64,000 nucleotides of DNA from NCBI GenBank assembly GCA_965213865.1, contig OZ243928.1:2825003-2889002 (forward strand). The letters are read 5' to 3'. This stretch comes from Arenicellales bacterium (GTDB lineage: Bacteria > Pseudomonadota > Gammaproteobacteria > Arenicellales > JAJDZL01). Each line of letters starts with the position of its first letter. The stretch's first letter is position 1. A model generated the notes under the pieces. The model did not search any database. It was not told the origin of the DNA and saw nothing but the letters and a program-made list of their open reading frames with translations. Shown here piece by piece: positions 8,220 through 17,408 of the stretch. The position numbers were made by a program, and so were the translations under genes.

Positions 8220-9308
8220 CTATCCGAATGCCGGCAAACAGCGCCGGTACTGATCGGGACATTCAAAATCAACGTTCAGAGCGCGCGCAGCGTGCCACGG
8301 CCAGCGCGGGTTGTAAAGCATCGCCCTAGCCAGCGCGACCACGTCCGCACTGCCGCTTTGAACGATATGCTCGGCCTGCAGAGGCTCGGTAATCAAGCCG
8401 ACTGCAACTACTGGAATATCAGCTTGCGCTCGAATTTCAGCGGCCAGCGGCACCTGATATGCAGGTGACGCAACAACATCCTGATGCTGAATCAAGCCGC
8501 CGCTTGAAACATCAATCCAATCGCAGCCGAGACTTTTCAGCTCTTGGGACAAGCGCACTGAATCGCCGACATTCCAGCCGCCCGCAGCCCAATCGGTGGC
8601 GGAGACGCGCACCCCGACCGGCTTGTCCGCAGGCCATGCATCTCTGACCGCCGCAAAAACATCAAGCACCAGCCGCATGCGATTTTTCAGCGAGCCGCCG
8701 AACGCATCGTTTCTTCGGTTCGACAGCGGCGAGAGGAACTGATGCAGCAGATATCCATGCGCGGCATGCAGTTCGATGGCAGCAAAGCCGGCCCGATGTG
8801 CACGTGCGGCAGAATCTGCAAACGCCTCGATGAGTTTGATTACTTCGCTGTACATCAGCTCGCGGGGCACTGGCGCCGCATCGTGCGGCGCAAGCGGTGA
8901 CGGCGCCACAGGCTGCCAGCCGCCATCGTGCGGTGCGATGTAATTCCGACCCATCCAGGGCGGCTGCGTGGATGCCTTGCGGCCGGCATGCGCCAGCTGC
9001 ACCCCGATCGAAACATTGCCATATTGATGACAAAAATCAACGACCTTGGAGACTGCGCGCTCATTTTCATCATTGTACAAGCCAACGCAATGAGGCGATA
9101 TGCGACCGATCGCCTCGACGTTGGTCATTTCCATCATCAGCAAGCCGGCGCCGCTGACCGAGAGTTGCCCCAGATGCATGAGATGCCAGTCCGAAACACT
9201 GCCGCCAGTCGCGGAATACTGGCACATCGGCGAAATCATGATGCGATTTCTCATTTCGAAACTGCGAAATGAAATTGGCGAGAAAAGGACAGATTTCGGT
9301 GAATTCAT
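8220..9308 (-). CDS. NADH:flavin oxidoreductase, Old Yellow Enzyme family (YqjM/NamA-like)
   Basis: 362 aa. 'NRIMISPMCQYSA', 'IGVQLAHAGRKAST' and 'AIELHAAHGYLLHQFLSPLSNRRNDAFGG' are OYE hallmarks. It ends 9 nt upstream of the reductase gene on the same strand. Confidence 0.9.
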   Translation of the reverse strand: MNSPKSVLFSPISFRSFEMRNRIMISPMCQYSATGGSVSDWHLMHLGQLSVSGAGLLMMEMTNVEAIGRISPHCVGLYNDENERAVSKVVDFCHQYGNVSIGVQLAHAGRKASTQPPWMGRNYIAPHDGGWQPVAPSPLAPHDAAPVPRELMYSEVIKLIEAFADSAARAHRAGFAAIELHAAHGYLLHQFLSPLSNRRNDAFGGSLKNRMRLVLDVFAAVRDAWPADKPVGVRVSATDWAAGGWNVGDSVRLSQELKSLGCDWIDVSSGGLIQHQDVVASPAYQVPLAAEIRAQADIPVVAVGLITEPLQAEHIVQSGSADVVALARAMLYNPRWPWHAARALNVDFECPDQYRRCLPAFG

Positions 9309-9584
9309 AATGAGTCAATCCCTTGGAGATGCAGCACATCTGCGGTATTGTAGTGACTCAGCACGGCTGCTGCTGCGAGAATTTCACAGGCGCTGCATAA
9401 ATCCCATCGTGCTCTGCCCGACCTCGGACAGCGCCAAATCCTCAACCCGCGATGATCGAATAAAAGATAATTGGCATCAACTTCACCAAGCAACATGCTG
9501 ACTCTCTCAGTCGATGCAAAGCGCCGCAATAATCGCACTGGAAGGTCCAGGCAAACAAGCCACGACAGCAGTCAAAGCCCATTG

Positions 9585-10391
9585 ATGGACACCCAAAAGT
9601 TCCCAGATCAGGATACTCTGCTTGCATTTTTGCAGCTGGCCAACCTCATGGCCGATCATGCACGGACCATCGCTCTGCAATATTTTCGCAATTCCATGCC
9701 AAACTGGAGAAAATCTGACTCCACACCTGTCACGGAAGCAGATCTGCGCATCGAAAAACGCATACGAGAAATTGCGGCCGAGCACTATCCTCAACACGGA
9801 TTTATCGGGGAGGAGGACGGCGCCACAAATGCTCACTCGAGGCTTCGCTGGTGCGTGGACCCGATTGATGGCACCAAGTCTTTTCTGTATGGTGTGCCCA
9901 CTTTCGGCACCCTGATCTCATTGACGTATGATGCAGCGCCGATCGTGGGGGTTATTGAGCATCCCGCGCTGCAGGAGCGCTGGTGCGCTGTGCGCGGAGG
10001 CACAACCACATATCAGGGCAAGCCGTGTCGCTGCAGTCAGCAGACGGATTTGAATGAAGCCGTTGTCTATGCAACCTCAATCGATATGTTCAATGCCAGG
10101 GAGCGGCGGCAATTCGACCGCGTTACCAAGCAAGCCAGGCGGCGGCAATTCGGAGTCGACTGCTACGCGTACAGCCTGCTGAGCTCCGGGTTCATTGACA
10201 TCGTGATGGAGGCCGACATGAAATCATTCGACATGATGGCTTTGGTTCCTGTGATCGAAGGCGCAGGCGGTATTGTCTCTACCTGGCGCGGCGAGCCGCT
10301 GACGCTCAGCTCGGGGTCACAAATCCTCGCAACCGCTAACGAACATCTGCACCGTCAGTGCCTGGATATTATTTCGGCGAAAGGGCCTTGA
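9585..10391 (+). CDS. Inositol-monophosphatase-family phosphatase (IMPase / histidinol-phosphatase HisN-like)
   Basis: ORF 9471..10391; the ATG at 9585 (MDTQKFPDQDTLLAFLQLAN...) fits family N-termini. Motifs: 'PVTEADLRIEKRIREI', 'GFIGEEDG', 'RWCVDPIDGTKSFL'. Confidence 0.82.
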   Translation: MDTQKFPDQDTLLAFLQLANLMADHARTIALQYFRNSMPNWRKSDSTPVTEADLRIEKRIREIAAEHYPQHGFIGEEDGATNAHSRLRWCVDPIDGTKSFLYGVPTFGTLISLTYDAAPIVGVIEHPALQERWCAVRGGTTTYQGKPCRCSQQTDLNEAVVYATSIDMFNARERRQFDRVTKQARRRQFGVDCYAYSLLSSGFIDIVMEADMKSFDMMALVPVIEGAGGIVSTWRGEPLTLSSGSQILATANEHLHRQCLDIISAKGP

Positions 10392-10394
10392 GAC

Positions 10395-11072
10395 TTACTC
10401 GTCACCCGGCACTCCGAACGACGGCGCCTGCGCCGGGGACACTGCGCGCGTAATGTAATCATCAGCCTGCGGCTGATAGGCTTTCCAGAGCTTGAAGAGC
10501 CCATCCAGCGGGGCATCATCCCAATCAATGCGCAGGTCAACTTCCGGCCATGAACAGTCTCTCGCGACTGCGACGGCAGCCGAGCGCAATGGACCGACCT
10601 CCCCTCCGGCCGCCAGTCCGGCTTGCAACGCTCCGATCAACGCCTCAGCGAGGTGCAAGTCATCATTGCGGCAAGCATAAGCTTCAACGACTGCCTCCAC
10701 GACAGATTCTGCAGCGAGCAGATTGCCGGCCGCGATGCAATCCTCGCTCTCGAGGACTGCGTTGACGCCCAGTATGTGCTGACCGGTAAAGTGTGCTTTG
10801 CTTCCATCGAACGCGATCACCGTCAATTGCCGGTATTCGATATCAGCGCTTGACTGGACAACCTGATCTAACGCGCCCTTGGCGGACACACCGGTCTCAA
10901 GCAGGTCTAGCAACTCGATTCCAAGTGCCGGATCAGTAATATTTTGAGTCACGACCGCACCGACTCGGGCGCGCGTCCATGGACAGCGGCTGCCCACTGC
11001 AATGCTGGATGTCGTTACTGCCGCACCGATGCGATTTGTTGCCCGGTCTCTCGCGACGATCGAAAAAGTCAA
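10395..11072 (-). CDS. DUF1028-family protein (Ntn-hydrolase-like)
   Basis: 225 aa beginning 'MTFSIVARDRATNRIGAAVTTSSIAVGSRCPW...GAVVTQN', the conserved N-terminal pattern I associate with DUF1028 proteins. Confidence 0.72.
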   Translation of the reverse strand: MTFSIVARDRATNRIGAAVTTSSIAVGSRCPWTRARVGAVVTQNITDPALGIELLDLLETGVSAKGALDQVVQSSADIEYRQLTVIAFDGSKAHFTGQHILGVNAVLESEDCIAAGNLLAAESVVEAVVEAYACRNDDLHLAEALIGALQAGLAAGGEVGPLRSAAVAVARDCSWPEVDLRIDWDDAPLDGLFKLWKAYQPQADDYITRAVSPAQAPSFGVPGDE

Positions 11073-11203
11073 GCCGCACTCCTCAAGCTAACAGAACGTT
11101 TTCAAACTTTGTGACGGAACCAAAACGAGCGGGATTCGATCCATGCGAATACTCAGGCATAAACGGCGAGCCATGATGCAGTGCGACTGAGCCAGGCGTG
11201 CAA

Positions 11204-12421
11204 TCAGGCGATCGTATCGCGAGCCGTGCCAGAGCTTTGCATGACTGGAATCTCGCGGCGCCTTATTGTAACGCGAAAGGCATTGCCGTCCCGATCATCT
11301 GTAAATTCGATGTGCGGGTAGGTTTTAAGCGCCCGCTGGATGCCGCTCGCGAGCCCGCGATACGGCAAAAGTTTCGGCGCAAATGAAGCCAAAATTGGAT
11401 TTCTGATATTCGAATTGCCCATTTTGATATTCTCCACAGTCAGATTATTAGGCAAACTGCCGGGGCTTATGATTTCGACGCGATCGGCAAATACCAGCAC
11501 TCTCACCGGAGCTGAAACAAAGTAATCACGGTGAATCAGTGCGTTTGCAATAAGCTCTTGAAAGACGATTCTCGGAATTTCCGGCTCGCCAATGGAGTTT
11601 ACATTCTGATTATTTTGAATATGCCGAATATTCGCCAGCGCGAATATCAGCGCTTCTTGAAACATTTCGGAAAGCTTGCCATTTATTTCTCGACTGTCGA
11701 TGTAGTGCGTGTCGGCAATATCGACTCCGGGAAACGAAACTGCCTTCAAATTGAAAACTGGAAGATGTACCTGCGGCCGAGCGGCGAATAGCAATGTGCC
11801 GGCCCTATTCAATCTTCCCGCTCGCGCCAAATTCATATTTTCAAGCAATTCAGCGAGTGAAGCTGTTTGATCTTCGCAGCTTTCACCGAACTCTTTCTCA
11901 AAGAAACTGCCAAAGAACTTTTCGTCAATGTTTGCCGCTGATGCACCGTCAACAGGCAGACTGTCCGCATGCACCAGAGCTGCAGACTGAAACATTCGCA
12001 GCAGCTCTTCGCGCGCCGTCACTTTGCGTTTATCTGCACCGCTTTTGACATACACATGCAGATTCTTGTCCATATAAGGCTTGCTGACCCCTTCCGCGAC
12101 CGAAACGACGATCACGAGGCCTTCGGACAAAGGAACATTGATCGTCATCGGCGAGATCGATGGTCGGACGTGATCTGTTGCTGCATTGGACACAAGCTGA
12201 TTCAAGCGTCCTATATCTGAACGGGAAAGTCCTGCGATTTCACCTGTGTCGGTCACTCCAATAAAGATTGAGCCGCCTTGAGAGTTGCTCAAAGCGACCA
12301 TTTCTTGCGCCAGGCTTTCTGGGCGGGCGATATCCGCCTTGAATTGATTCTTCGAATCTTCTCCAGCCGCAATGATGCTCAATAATTCTTGCGCTTCCAT
12401 AACAATGCGTTTACCGCCCAC
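11204..12421 (-). CDS. AlbA_2 (Schlafen-like 'divergent AAA') + HATPase_c_4 domain protein, often annotated as a RecG-like putative transcriptional regulator
   Basis: The N-terminus ('ELLSIIAAGEDSKNQFKADI', 'EMVALSNSQGGSIFIGV') resembles the AlbA_2 domain. The C-terminal half ('QELIANALIHRDYFVSAPVRVLVFADRVEIISPGSLP') resembles HATPase_c_4. The start is GTG 12421 or ATG 12400. Confidence 0.62.
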   Translation of the reverse strand: MGGKRIVMEAQELLSIIAAGEDSKNQFKADIARPESLAQEMVALSNSQGGSIFIGVTDTGEIAGLSRSDIGRLNQLVSNAATDHVRPSISPMTINVPLSEGLVIVVSVAEGVSKPYMDKNLHVYVKSGADKRKVTAREELLRMFQSAALVHADSLPVDGASAANIDEKFFGSFFEKEFGESCEDQTASLAELLENMNLARAGRLNRAGTLLFAARPQVHLPVFNLKAVSFPGVDIADTHYIDSREINGKLSEMFQEALIFALANIRHIQNNQNVNSIGEPEIPRIVFQELIANALIHRDYFVSAPVRVLVFADRVEIISPGSLPNNLTVENIKMGNSNIRNPILASFAPKLLPYRGLASGIQRALKTYPHIEFTDDRDGNAFRVTIRRREIPVMQSSGTARDTIA

Positions 12422-12477
12422 AAATAGTGCAACAAAAAGTGGAAGGCAGACTTGCGTTTAGAAAACAGGCTATGGGT

Positions 12478-13062
12478 TTACTCTGTACCGCGGCCCATGT
12501 TATAGAACTCTTCGTTCGGCCGCATCTGCAAAGCGCTGGCCAGTCGATTGCTCATGCCATAAAATGCAACGATTGCAACGATGTCCCAAACATCTTCCTC
12601 ACTGAATCCTGCCTGCATCACACAGCGGTAGTCTTCCTCTCCAATCGCACTTGAATGGTTGCAGACTTTGATTGCGAAATCCAGCATCGCACGCTGCCGA
12701 GGCGTAATATCCGCCTTGTGATAGTTGACTGCGACCTGATCGGCAATAAGCGGATTTTTACTCTGCACTCTGAGTGCCGCGCCATGTGAGACCACGCAAT
12801 ACAGACAGTCATTCTCACTGGAAGTTGCCACCACAATCATTTCCTTATCTGCTTTGCTCAGGCCGCTTTGTTTCTCCATCAAAGCATCGCGATAGTCAAA
12901 AAACAGCTGGCACTCAGCGGGACGATGCGCCAATGCCAGAATGACATTGGGCACAAAGCCGAATTTGCTCTGATAATCCCGAATTCGCTGCTGAATATCT
13001 TCCGGGAGAGTCTCAAGCTCAGGGATTTTGAATCGGCTGGGCGGATTCTTGGTCATGGTCAT
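12478..13062 (-). CDS. Peroxidase-related enzyme, carboxymuconolactone-decarboxylase/AhpD-like family
   Basis: 'SSENDCLYCVVSHGAAL' is the CxxC..H core of AhpD-like proteins. The ATG at 13062 is preceded by GAGGAGGAAT (a strong RBS), so ORF 12478..13095 is trimmed. Confidence 0.8.
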   Translation of the reverse strand: MTMTKNPPSRFKIPELETLPEDIQQRIRDYQSKFGFVPNVILALAHRPAECQLFFDYRDALMEKQSGLSKADKEMIVVATSSENDCLYCVVSHGAALRVQSKNPLIADQVAVNYHKADITPRQRAMLDFAIKVCNHSSAIGEEDYRCVMQAGFSEEDVWDIVAIVAFYGMSNRLASALQMRPNEEFYNMGRGTE

Positions 13063-13496
13063 ATTCCTCCTCACTTTGGCCAATGCATCTATCAATCAGT
13101 CTTAGATTACTGTGTGCGCTACCGCTTGTTAAGGATATAGCCACGGTTGCAGTGAAAAAATTGATCAAATTCAAATCAAAAAATAAAACAGGCATCTTGA
13201 CTGCTCAAAGCTGATATATCGACTTTTGGATACTCAATATGCGCCATACAGCTTGCTTGACTTTAATCTTCGAGTCCTAGACAAGTTGAATCTGGCAAGA
13301 AAGTATGGCATATCTTTCTATTGCAATTGAGCACAGATGCATTACTTGCATCTTTTGGTCATAGATCACATTCAATGACTCAATGCAATGCGAATTTTAC
13401 CAAATGCGACCACACAACTGCGCATGTCACAGTTCAGATTGAATACAATCAAAGCATTCACAATGAATTAACCAATCGACACCGGAAAACCATCGC

Positions 13497-15152
13497 ATGA
13501 AAGCGTCTGACCTTTTTGTCAAGTGCCTGGAAGAAGAAGGCATCGAATATATCTTCGGCGTACCTGGAGAGGAGAACGCCCACTTCATGATCTCGCTCGA
13601 GCAGTCCGAGAAAATCAAGTTTATTTTGTGTCGGCATGAGCAGGGGGCGGCTTTCATGGCAGAGGTTTACGGGCGTCTGACTGGACGGGTAGCCGGCTGT
13701 CTCGGCACTCTTGGACCGGGCGCCACCAACCTTATCACAGGTGTGGCTGACGGCAATATGGACCGTGCCCCCATGCTGGTGCTGACTGGGCAGGGCGCTT
13801 CAACCAGACTGCACAAAGAATCACACCAAATCATGGATGTTGTTGCCATGTACCGTCCGGTTACGAAGTGGGCACAGCAAATTCATCATCCCGATAATGT
13901 TCCTGAGGTCATTCGCAAAGCCGTCCGAACCGCGCAAGTCGAAAAGCCCGGCGCAACCCTCGTTGAGCTGCCAGAAGACATTGCCCATATGGAGGCATCC
14001 ACTAAGCCTTTAGCGCCACAGCGACTGCGACGAGCGGTTCCCGATGACAAAATCATCGACCGGGCATTCGACCTGCTGACGAATGCCCGGCGTCCCATTA
14101 TTCTTGCTGGCAACGGCTGCATTCGAAGGCGCGCCTCTCAGCAGCTTCGAGCATTGTGCGAGAAAACCGGCATCGGAGCAGTCAGCACTTTTATGGCCAA
14201 AGGCTGCGTTGACATGGATTCAGATTACTGCCTGTACACAATCGGCCTGGGTTCAAAAGATTTAGTGGCATGCGCATTGGACGCATCCGACCTGATTATC
14301 ACTCTTGGCTACGACATGGTCGAATACCATCCACATCTTTGGAATCCAAATCAGGACAAGAATATCCTCCATATCGATTTTCTTCCGGCAGAAATCGATC
14401 AGTGCTACAAGCCGCAGCTTGAAGTGGTCGGTGACCTGGCGCACACTCTTTGGATGCTCAATTCAAGGATTGATGCCAATGACCGCCCGCTGTCATTCAA
14501 CCTGTCGCAGCAAGCGGCAACTCGCAGAGAGATGGCGGCGGATTTTGCAATGCATGCAGAAGACAGCACATCCGGAAGCATACGGCCCCAGAAAGCATTA
14601 TGGGATGTACGCGCCGTCATGGGGCCGTCCGACATTCTGCTCTCAGATGTCGGCGCCCATAAAATGTGGATTGCCAGACACTATCACTGTCATGAACCCA
14701 ACACCTGTCTGATCCCGAATGGATTTTGCTCGATGGGATTTGCGCTTCCCGGCGCCATCGCTGCAAGTCTGCTGCACCCGGAGCGCAAAATACTCGCGAT
14801 CTGCGGCGACGCAGGTTTCATGATGAACGTGCAGGAAATGGAAACGGCTACCCGACTCAATGTCAATTCTGTCGTCATGGTCTGGGAAGATAACGCCTAC
14901 GGGCTGATTGCATGGAAACAGCACAATCAGTTCGGACGCCATACAGACCTGAGCTTTGGCAATCCTGACTGGCTGAAACTCGCTGAATCTTTTGGCTGGA
15001 ACGGGCACCGAGTTGAGCATTCGAAAGATCTGCAGACAGTGCTGAGCGCCGCTTTCGAGGAATCGGGGCCTAGTCTTGTCGTTGTGCCAATCGACTACAG
15101 CGAAAATGCAAAACTAACCCAGCGTTTAGGTGACATCGTTTGTCCACTCTAG
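13497..15152 (+). CDS. Thiamine-diphosphate enzyme, acetolactate-synthase (catabolic AlsS)-like
   Basis: 551 aa with 'GIEYIFGVPGEENAHF', 'CRHEQGAAFMAEVYGRLTGR' and 'LGPGATNLITG'. The ThDP-binding segment is 'CGDAGFMMNVQEMETATRLNVNSVVMVWEDNAYGLI'. Confidence 0.85.
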   Translation: MKASDLFVKCLEEEGIEYIFGVPGEENAHFMISLEQSEKIKFILCRHEQGAAFMAEVYGRLTGRVAGCLGTLGPGATNLITGVADGNMDRAPMLVLTGQGASTRLHKESHQIMDVVAMYRPVTKWAQQIHHPDNVPEVIRKAVRTAQVEKPGATLVELPEDIAHMEASTKPLAPQRLRRAVPDDKIIDRAFDLLTNARRPIILAGNGCIRRRASQQLRALCEKTGIGAVSTFMAKGCVDMDSDYCLYTIGLGSKDLVACALDASDLIITLGYDMVEYHPHLWNPNQDKNILHIDFLPAEIDQCYKPQLEVVGDLAHTLWMLNSRIDANDRPLSFNLSQQAATRREMAADFAMHAEDSTSGSIRPQKALWDVRAVMGPSDILLSDVGAHKMWIARHYHCHEPNTCLIPNGFCSMGFALPGAIAASLLHPERKILAICGDAGFMMNVQEMETATRLNVNSVVMVWEDNAYGLIAWKQHNQFGRHTDLSFGNPDWLKLAESFGWNGHRVEHSKDLQTVLSAAFEESGPSLVVVPIDYSENAKLTQRLGDIVCPL

Positions 15153-15697
15153 CAAATCGCGAATGTGTCCGAAAGTTTCTCATGACAATCCGCTTGATTG
15201 CTGCGGCCGCCTGGAACTGCGGGAAGCTGGCTCAACCGATTTGTCGGGCAGCAAAAAGAGTCACTGATCTGCCGCGGCCCGCTCAGGAACGGAATTCTTT
15301 CTTTGGATGTCTTCGTCTGCAGCGCACCTCATGCCGAAAGCCTCTCGCGAACAGAGGCGCCAGTGGCCGGGACTTTCCAGAATGTTGGATGCAAGCGGAC
15401 ATGACAGGGATGATTTTCGGTCTCAACAAGGACGTTCCTGCACTTGACACTAATCAATAATCAAGTCACGGCGGACTTTCACAATCGCTCAATGCACTGG
15501 TCCGTGACAGACTGATGAGCCGACCTCAGTGAGCAGCGCAGCGCTCTGGCAGTGAACTCTTGATGCCGCTGTTGCCGGCATGTTCACACAGTTTTTTTCA
15601 TCTGTTTTTCCTCTAGTTCCAAGGTGCCATCATGCCAAAGTCAGAAACCTCATCTGCCAGTGACAAAACAGCCGCCAACATCCACGATGACTTCTTT

Positions 15698-17401
15698 CCC
15701 TGAATCCGCTTTAGAGAAGCCAGAAACAAGAAAAGCCCTGCCAGCATGACAGGCTGGAACCTAAACCCGTCTCGCCCATTGGGTGAAACTGAACCAGAAT
15801 ACGGAGCAAGGCTGATGAGGATTGTACCGCACTGCCGCGAATCGACCGGCGCGAAATTCACCTCCCGAGCCGGACTGACGGCATTGGCGCATTTCATGAG
15901 CAAGCTGGGGCTCAGCGAGCGGCGCGAGCAGCGGTTTCCGGCCGCCGGCAGCCACCGGGGCTGTCGCGCCAGCGAGTTTCTCCATGTGCTTGTGCTGCTG
16001 CTCATGGAGGGCGGGCGGTGTCTGGAGGATGTGCGTAATCTGCACGCCGAGCGGGGGCTGATGGCGCTGCCGGGCATCCGGCGGATGCCCCAAGCCGACG
16101 CCCTGGGCCGCTGGCTGCGGCGGCTGGGGCGCTGCGGCTCAGGCCGCAAGCGACTGGAGCGGCTCAATGCGAGAGTCATCCAGATGGCGCTGGGCGACCG
16201 GCGGCAGGTGACGCTGGATCTTGATGCAACCGCGGCGCTGTGCGGCAAAAGGCATGCGAGGCGGACTTGTCTTGGACAGCGCGGCTATATGCCGATGGTC
16301 GGACACATGGCTGAGACCGGGCCGGTGGCGGCCTCTGATTTTCGCCGCGGCAATCGCCCGCCGGACTATGACAATTTAGGTTTTATCAAGCGCTGCATCC
16401 GGGCCTTGCCGCCGGGGGTGAAGGTGACCCGGGTGCGCATTGATGCGGCGGGCTGGTCCCAGAAAGTCATCGGGTATTGCCAGGATCACGGCATTGGCTG
16501 TGCGATCCGGGCGAGAAGCTGCGATGACATCCGGCATGCGACTGCGAGCAGCCGCGAAAGCGACTGGCAGCCGCTGCGGCGGCGCGGCGGCGCGCTGTCA
16601 CAGAAAGAATCGACGATGCGCATGCTGCCTGTGACGGGCGGCGCTGAGGCGGCGCTCGCTGTGGTGATCCAGCGCCGCCTGAAAGACGAGGCCGATGACG
16701 GCGGGGCGGCTCAGCAGCGGCTGGAGATGCGGTGCGGGGCGGACGATCAGACGATTGACTGCGACCGGCATGTGTATCGCGCGATCGGGACCCATCTGGA
16801 TGTGCTGGACGGCTGGGACGGCAGCGGCATTGTGCGCTGGCACAGCCGGCGCGGCGACCGCAGCGAGAATCGGCTCCGCGAGATGAGGCAGGATTTTGCC
16901 AGCGGGCGGATGCCGTGCAGCGATCATCAGGCCCATGCGCTGCGGCTGTCGCTCAGCGCGTTTGCGTACAGCCTGTCTGTGCTGTTTCGGTACACGCTGC
17001 CGCAGGAGTCTGAGAGCGCCCGCGCCTCGACGGTGCGCTGCCGGCTGTTTGCGATCAGCGGCCGGATTGCGCATCACGCCCGCCAGACGGCGCTGCGGAT
17101 GCGGCATCGTCACCGGCTGCGGCTGGATCGGGTGATGGCTGGCATTGACCGGCTGCTGCCGGCCGCCTGACTCGGCGCCGCTGCCGGCGGCGCTTTCAAT
17201 CTGACAGATAGCAGCGCTCCGCTGAGGGCTGCGCCTGTACTGAATCGGCCGAAAGGCTGTCCAGGCGGCGCCAGTACGCCGCTTGGACAAGCCGATTCCC
17301 AATTTTTCTCACCGCGGCCGATCGACATGTCAAAATCGGGCTCGAAAAAGGTCGAAATCGACCCATCGATGCGAAAATGCCGCTCTAGCGCGGATTTAGG
17401 G
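15698..17401 (+). mobile_element. IS1380-family insertion sequence (1704 bp) with terminal inverted repeats
   Basis: The left end CCCTGAATCCGCTTTAGAGAAGCC (15698-15721) matches the reverse complement of the right end (17378-17401, read as CCCTAAATCCGCGCTAGAGCGGCA). By hand count, 18/24 positions match, including 16 of the outermost 19. The size, the CC-starting IRs and the single enclosed transposase ORF fit IS1380. No target-site duplication is visible (flanks ..CTTT / CAAA..). Confidence 0.75.
15746..17170 (+). CDS. IS1380-family DDE transposase
   Basis: Uninterrupted 474-aa ORF. 'KFTSRAGLTALAHFMSKLGL', 'VTLDLDATAAL', 'RGYMPMVGHMAETGP', 'RVRIDAAGWSQ' and 'VRWHSRRGDRSENRLREMRQDFASGRMPC' follow the IS1380 transposase pattern. 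It is visibly GC-richer than the flanking DNA. Confidence 0.85.
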   Translation: MTGWNLNPSRPLGETEPEYGARLMRIVPHCRESTGAKFTSRAGLTALAHFMSKLGLSERREQRFPAAGSHRGCRASEFLHVLVLLLMEGGRCLEDVRNLHAERGLMALPGIRRMPQADALGRWLRRLGRCGSGRKRLERLNARVIQMALGDRRQVTLDLDATAALCGKRHARRTCLGQRGYMPMVGHMAETGPVAASDFRRGNRPPDYDNLGFIKRCIRALPPGVKVTRVRIDAAGWSQKVIGYCQDHGIGCAIRARSCDDIRHATASSRESDWQPLRRRGGALSQKESTMRMLPVTGGAEAALAVVIQRRLKDEADDGGAAQQRLEMRCGADDQTIDCDRHVYRAIGTHLDVLDGWDGSGIVRWHSRRGDRSENRLREMRQDFASGRMPCSDHQAHALRLSLSAFAYSLSVLFRYTLPQESESARASTVRCRLFAISGRIAHHARQTALRMRHRHRLRLDRVMAGIDRLLPAA

Positions 17402-17408
17402 CAAATCA

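Noticed and set aside
13096-13496. 400-bp AT-rich divergent intergenic region, checked for small RNAs, riboswitch-like elements and repeats. Also checked: 20016-20623, 46828-47192 and 48486-48823.
   Set aside because: I could recognise no cloverleaf, conserved riboswitch core or repeat structure by eye. These regions are treated as promoter or spacer DNA pending an Rfam/tRNAscan run.
15632-15703. 23-codon ORF MPKSETSSASDKTAANIHDDFFP* ending inside the left IR of the IS1380 element.
   Set aside because: It might be the stump of a gene cut by the IS, but joining the flanks (15697|17402) gives only a few more codons before a stop. Nothing here can be supported as a gene.
15613-17302. Long minus-strand ORFs 15613..16248, 15761..16093 and 16598..17302 opposite the IS1380 transposase.
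   Set aside because: Their Arg/Ala/Pro/Ser-rich composition is typical of spurious frames in GC-rich DNA, while the plus-strand frame carries the transposase motifs.
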